From contig NC_045138.2 in the NCBI RefSeq assembly GCF_008831285.2, forward strand, positions 2,728,001 to 2,792,000: a DNA stretch of 64,000 bases, written 5' to 3'. Of the stretch, positions 61,301 to 64,000 are shown piece by piece (positions within the stretch are counted from its first letter, which is position 1; each line of letters begins with the position of its first letter). The notes under the pieces are model-generated. The model was not told where the DNA came from. It was given only the letters and a program-made list of their open reading frames with translations, and ran no database searches. Position numbers and translations under genes: made by a program. The DNA is from Nymphaea colorata. Taxonomy: Eukaryota.

Positions 61301-63370
61301 CAGCAATTCTAGGCATCCCAATATCAAAATCCTTCAGCAACATAATCAACAGAAAACAACATTTCAATGACTAAATTTCCTATTTCATTATTTGAGAAAA
61401 GAATCCATATGAAAAGCAAGTATCTTATAAGTCATGGTAACAGATGTAGTAAGTCTCAAGGAAGAACAAAAAAGATGATCCTGCCTTACCAGCCTTTCCA
61501 GTATTTCTCAGTTTCTTCTAGAGGTGTCCGATATGTGTAACTGCAACATACCTTCAAATTTAGGGATACAACTTCTCACCTATAGGTAGACATATAATGG
61601 AAACACAACATGACAATTATAAAGAAGAAAGCAAAGTACAGAAATACACATGATACCAGTTTTTTGCTTCATTATAAGTTAAAGTTGATGGAACTGAAAT
61701 ACGAGCAGACTCGATATTCCTCAAAGAGCCTCCTCTGACGCTCCATTCAATCTATGACAACAATTGGTGAAAACAGACAATAAAACAAAATCTTTGATCT
61801 AAGAGTGCTCAAAAAACTAAATTCTCTCGAAAAAACCAGAAAGATGAAACAAAGCCCTCTCAACTAGACAAATGCAATAGGCAGCTTCACAAAAAGAAAA
61901 ATATTGGAAAAAGCAACGAAGGAATGGACTATGGAGTATTATGAACTGTACATACTGCTTTTTCAATTGTACGAAAATGCTGTGGCCTATTTGAAAGAAT
62001 TTTCTGCATATGGATCAAAGATGCCATTGCAGTCCCCTGCATTTTTGAGATTATGTAAGCGATGAAGCAAACTGTAAATGTAACTATTTAATTGTCATAA
62101 AACTGGAAACACAAACCTCTACCACGTCAACCACAACTAATCCTTGCAAATTTGAAATCATTTTCTTCGCCGACAAATGCACAGCAACAGATCCTCCCAT
62201 GCTGCAATCAAATCTCAAGAAATTAATATCAGCCTTTGTTTCATACTCACTTTTGCGGGAAGGATATACTTATTATATAAAGGAACGAATAAGTGTCAGC
62301 ATGAACATAAAGCATGTTATTTTCTCATTTGGTCAGCAAGAAGGATTGTGATTACAGGGCATAACTTGTTGAAGCCAGGGTTAGAAGATAACTAAACTTA
62401 GATGGCGACATCATACTTTTCACTGAAGAGAACACATCATGACTCAGATGAAACAAAACATAAACTTAATGAATACCCATAAGAACTTTCTTCATGCTTC
62501 ATAGATCTCATAAGCACATTCACACGTGTGTAAACAAACAAATATTCAAGAGAACCACTATAGCAAATGAGACTTTCCAGAACTTATAAAATACTGCCTT
62601 TGTCAGTCACTGGTTTTCCAAGGGAAATTTTGACACAACTTGGTAATGAAAAGCACTTAAATGTTCGATCCCCGTCCTCTAAAAAATGTACCTTTTTTTG
62701 CCATTTCCTAAAGACATTATTGCAAGAGTAGAGTTTATAAGTTTCTGATGTGAGTCTATCCGACAAAATTTGTGAGAAAATGAAATTTCTGTAATCATCA
62801 TAAAGTTATACTTGAATTGTGTCCAAAAAAGACATTATCATCACCAAAGCTTATAATACATGAATCACCTCATATGGGCACTACCTGGCTTCAGTATAAT
62901 TAACAAGCTATTTTTTTAAGGCAAGCTATCAAGATAATCATTTTCTTAAAGTCATCTTCCAAAAACATGATTTGCTAGACCTTTGCTGAACCTTAGTAGG
63001 TAGCTAATAAAGTTATTTTGAAAAAATTGTCTGAAGTTCTCTATGCCTATAATAAAAACAGAAATTCAGGGAACCCCAGAAGGAAATCAATAACAAATGC
63101 TCTCTAACCAATAGAAGCATATCCTGCTTGCTCAGATTACTACTGGAACACATGGTTTGAAAGCCAGTACTCAGGACTTTGACTTGAATCTCAAGTCAAC
63201 TCGGTGACTTGGCCTAGTTTTGAAGACTTCACTTTTTGCATGGTAATGGTGTTTTTCATTTATGATATCGTTGATATATTATACATAATATGTATAATAA
63301 TGTGTATGCTTATATAAAGTATAAACTGCAAATTTTATTAACCTGTTTGCTACAATATACATAATCCAGC

Positions 63371-63402
<32 letters not shown>

Positions 63403-63976
63403 CAATTTCCAAAGTTTATCTGTGTAACATACACACTTAACATTGTATATATGGAGTGACATAATAAAACCAACTAGTAACTCTGTTGACTCACCAAAGC
63501 TCAGCTGACCCAGCTGAAACTCGGATAACATGGCCAGATCTTGTTAGTTCCTGGTTTTTCTATTTCTTTGGCCATGTTGAGAACCACGTCACAGAGTCAA
63601 CGTGGTGAAGCTTTAATCACTGGAACCGTCCCCTTTTACTAGGAGAATGGAACTTTTTCATTGCCGTACTTCCCTTGGACTTCTTCTATTCATCCAACCA
63701 TTACAGACCTCATGTGAGACTGTCCCAATTTATTAGATTTCTTTAACAAGGAAATGAATGTAAAAAAAAAATAAGGAATATAAAAGATACAAGCATATCA
63801 AAACATTATCATGACTATTTTCTCCCTAGTTCCTCAAGTCTGATTTATAGCAAATTGGTATGTTGATAGCCACAACACGTAGTAAAGAGGACGAACCTGT
63901 GTCCAACCAGCACAATTGCAGGAAATGAATCACCATACAACACCTTCAAAACACTCACCACATCAGAGCAAAGGGT
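54740..63976 (-). CDS. PME1: Protein phosphatase methylesterase 1 (PP2A demethylase, alpha/beta hydrolase), 3' nine exons; 5' end lies beyond the window
   Basis: Exons (-): 63976-63897, 62201-62117, 62036-61956, 61751-61657, 61540-61490, 59483-59403, 57575-57503, 57425-57348, 54769-54740; all GT-AG with compatible phases. Motifs LVGHSMGG (Ser), VVDVVEGTA (Asp), NIESARIS.P, YWKGWYEGLSDKFL, KLLLLAGTDRLD, LTIGQMQGKFQ and GHAIQED (His); ends IPGLRRPLK*. Confidence 0.95.
55420..57226 (+). mobile_element. 1.8-kb non-autonomous LTR retrotransposon (TRIM-like or internally deleted) in the last PME1 intron, antisense to the host gene
   Basis: 304-bp LTRs at 55420-55723 and 56923-57226 (TGATGCAA...TTGCATCA; the left LTR's 3' end is mutated). 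5-bp TSD atagg/atagg. PBS TGGTATCAGAGC (tRNA-iMet) at 55727-55738. Short purine tract aggggag before the 3' LTR. No pol ORF. Confidence 0.95.
58112..58355. mobile_element. Truncated PIF/Harbinger (Tourist-like) MITE end in a PME1 intron
   Basis: Begins GGCTTGTTTGGTTGG just after a TAA, followed by GGAAAGG-rich repeats and the internal palindrome aatccctccaaaattggagggatt. The partner TIR was not found. Confidence 0.45.
59626..59945. mobile_element. 320-bp solo LTR (Copia-like) in a PME1 intron
   Basis: TG...CA ends with a perfect 5-bp TSD tgaga (59621-59625 / 59946-59950). Contains acgtggttcagcc..gcctacatccacg, a motif I recall from plant Copia LTRs. Confidence 0.75.
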
Positions 63977-64000
63977 CTGCCAAAAATAGCCATGATCAGT

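Overview
AT-rich plant (angiosperm) nuclear DNA with many microsatellites. Reading splice sites by hand gives five protein-coding genes: (1) an intronless ~7-TM membrane protein with an acidic 25-aa repeat tail (753-2153 +); (2) a 7-exon neprosin-family glutamic peptidase (9329-3404 -); (3) a 3-exon class-C auxin response factor, ARF17-like, with a miR160 site and a retained PB1-like domain (37302-32073 -); (4) a 3-exon cytochrome c (48830-52358 +); (5) the last nine exons of PP2A methylesterase PME-1 (63976-54740 -, 5' end outside the window). Between neprosin and ARF lie ~20 kb of local rearrangement. Two chimeric duplicated units are built from the flanks of the three neighbouring genes. 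A ~5-kb array amplifies coding pieces of the membrane-protein gene into ~350-bp and 256-bp tandem repeats. A micro-inversion has breakpoints in a MITE end and a hairpin loop. Mobile elements include a 3.4-kb hAT-type element with an empty paralogous site, a second hAT-type element carrying a decayed XLG (extra-large G protein)-like fragment, several hAT-type MITEs, a 1.8-kb non-autonomous LTR element and a solo LTR. I cannot demonstrate a wholly new biological system from sequence alone. The best candidates are the exon-derived tandem array beside its parent 7-TM gene and the gene-capturing element upstream of ARF. All family assignments come from motif recall, not database searches.
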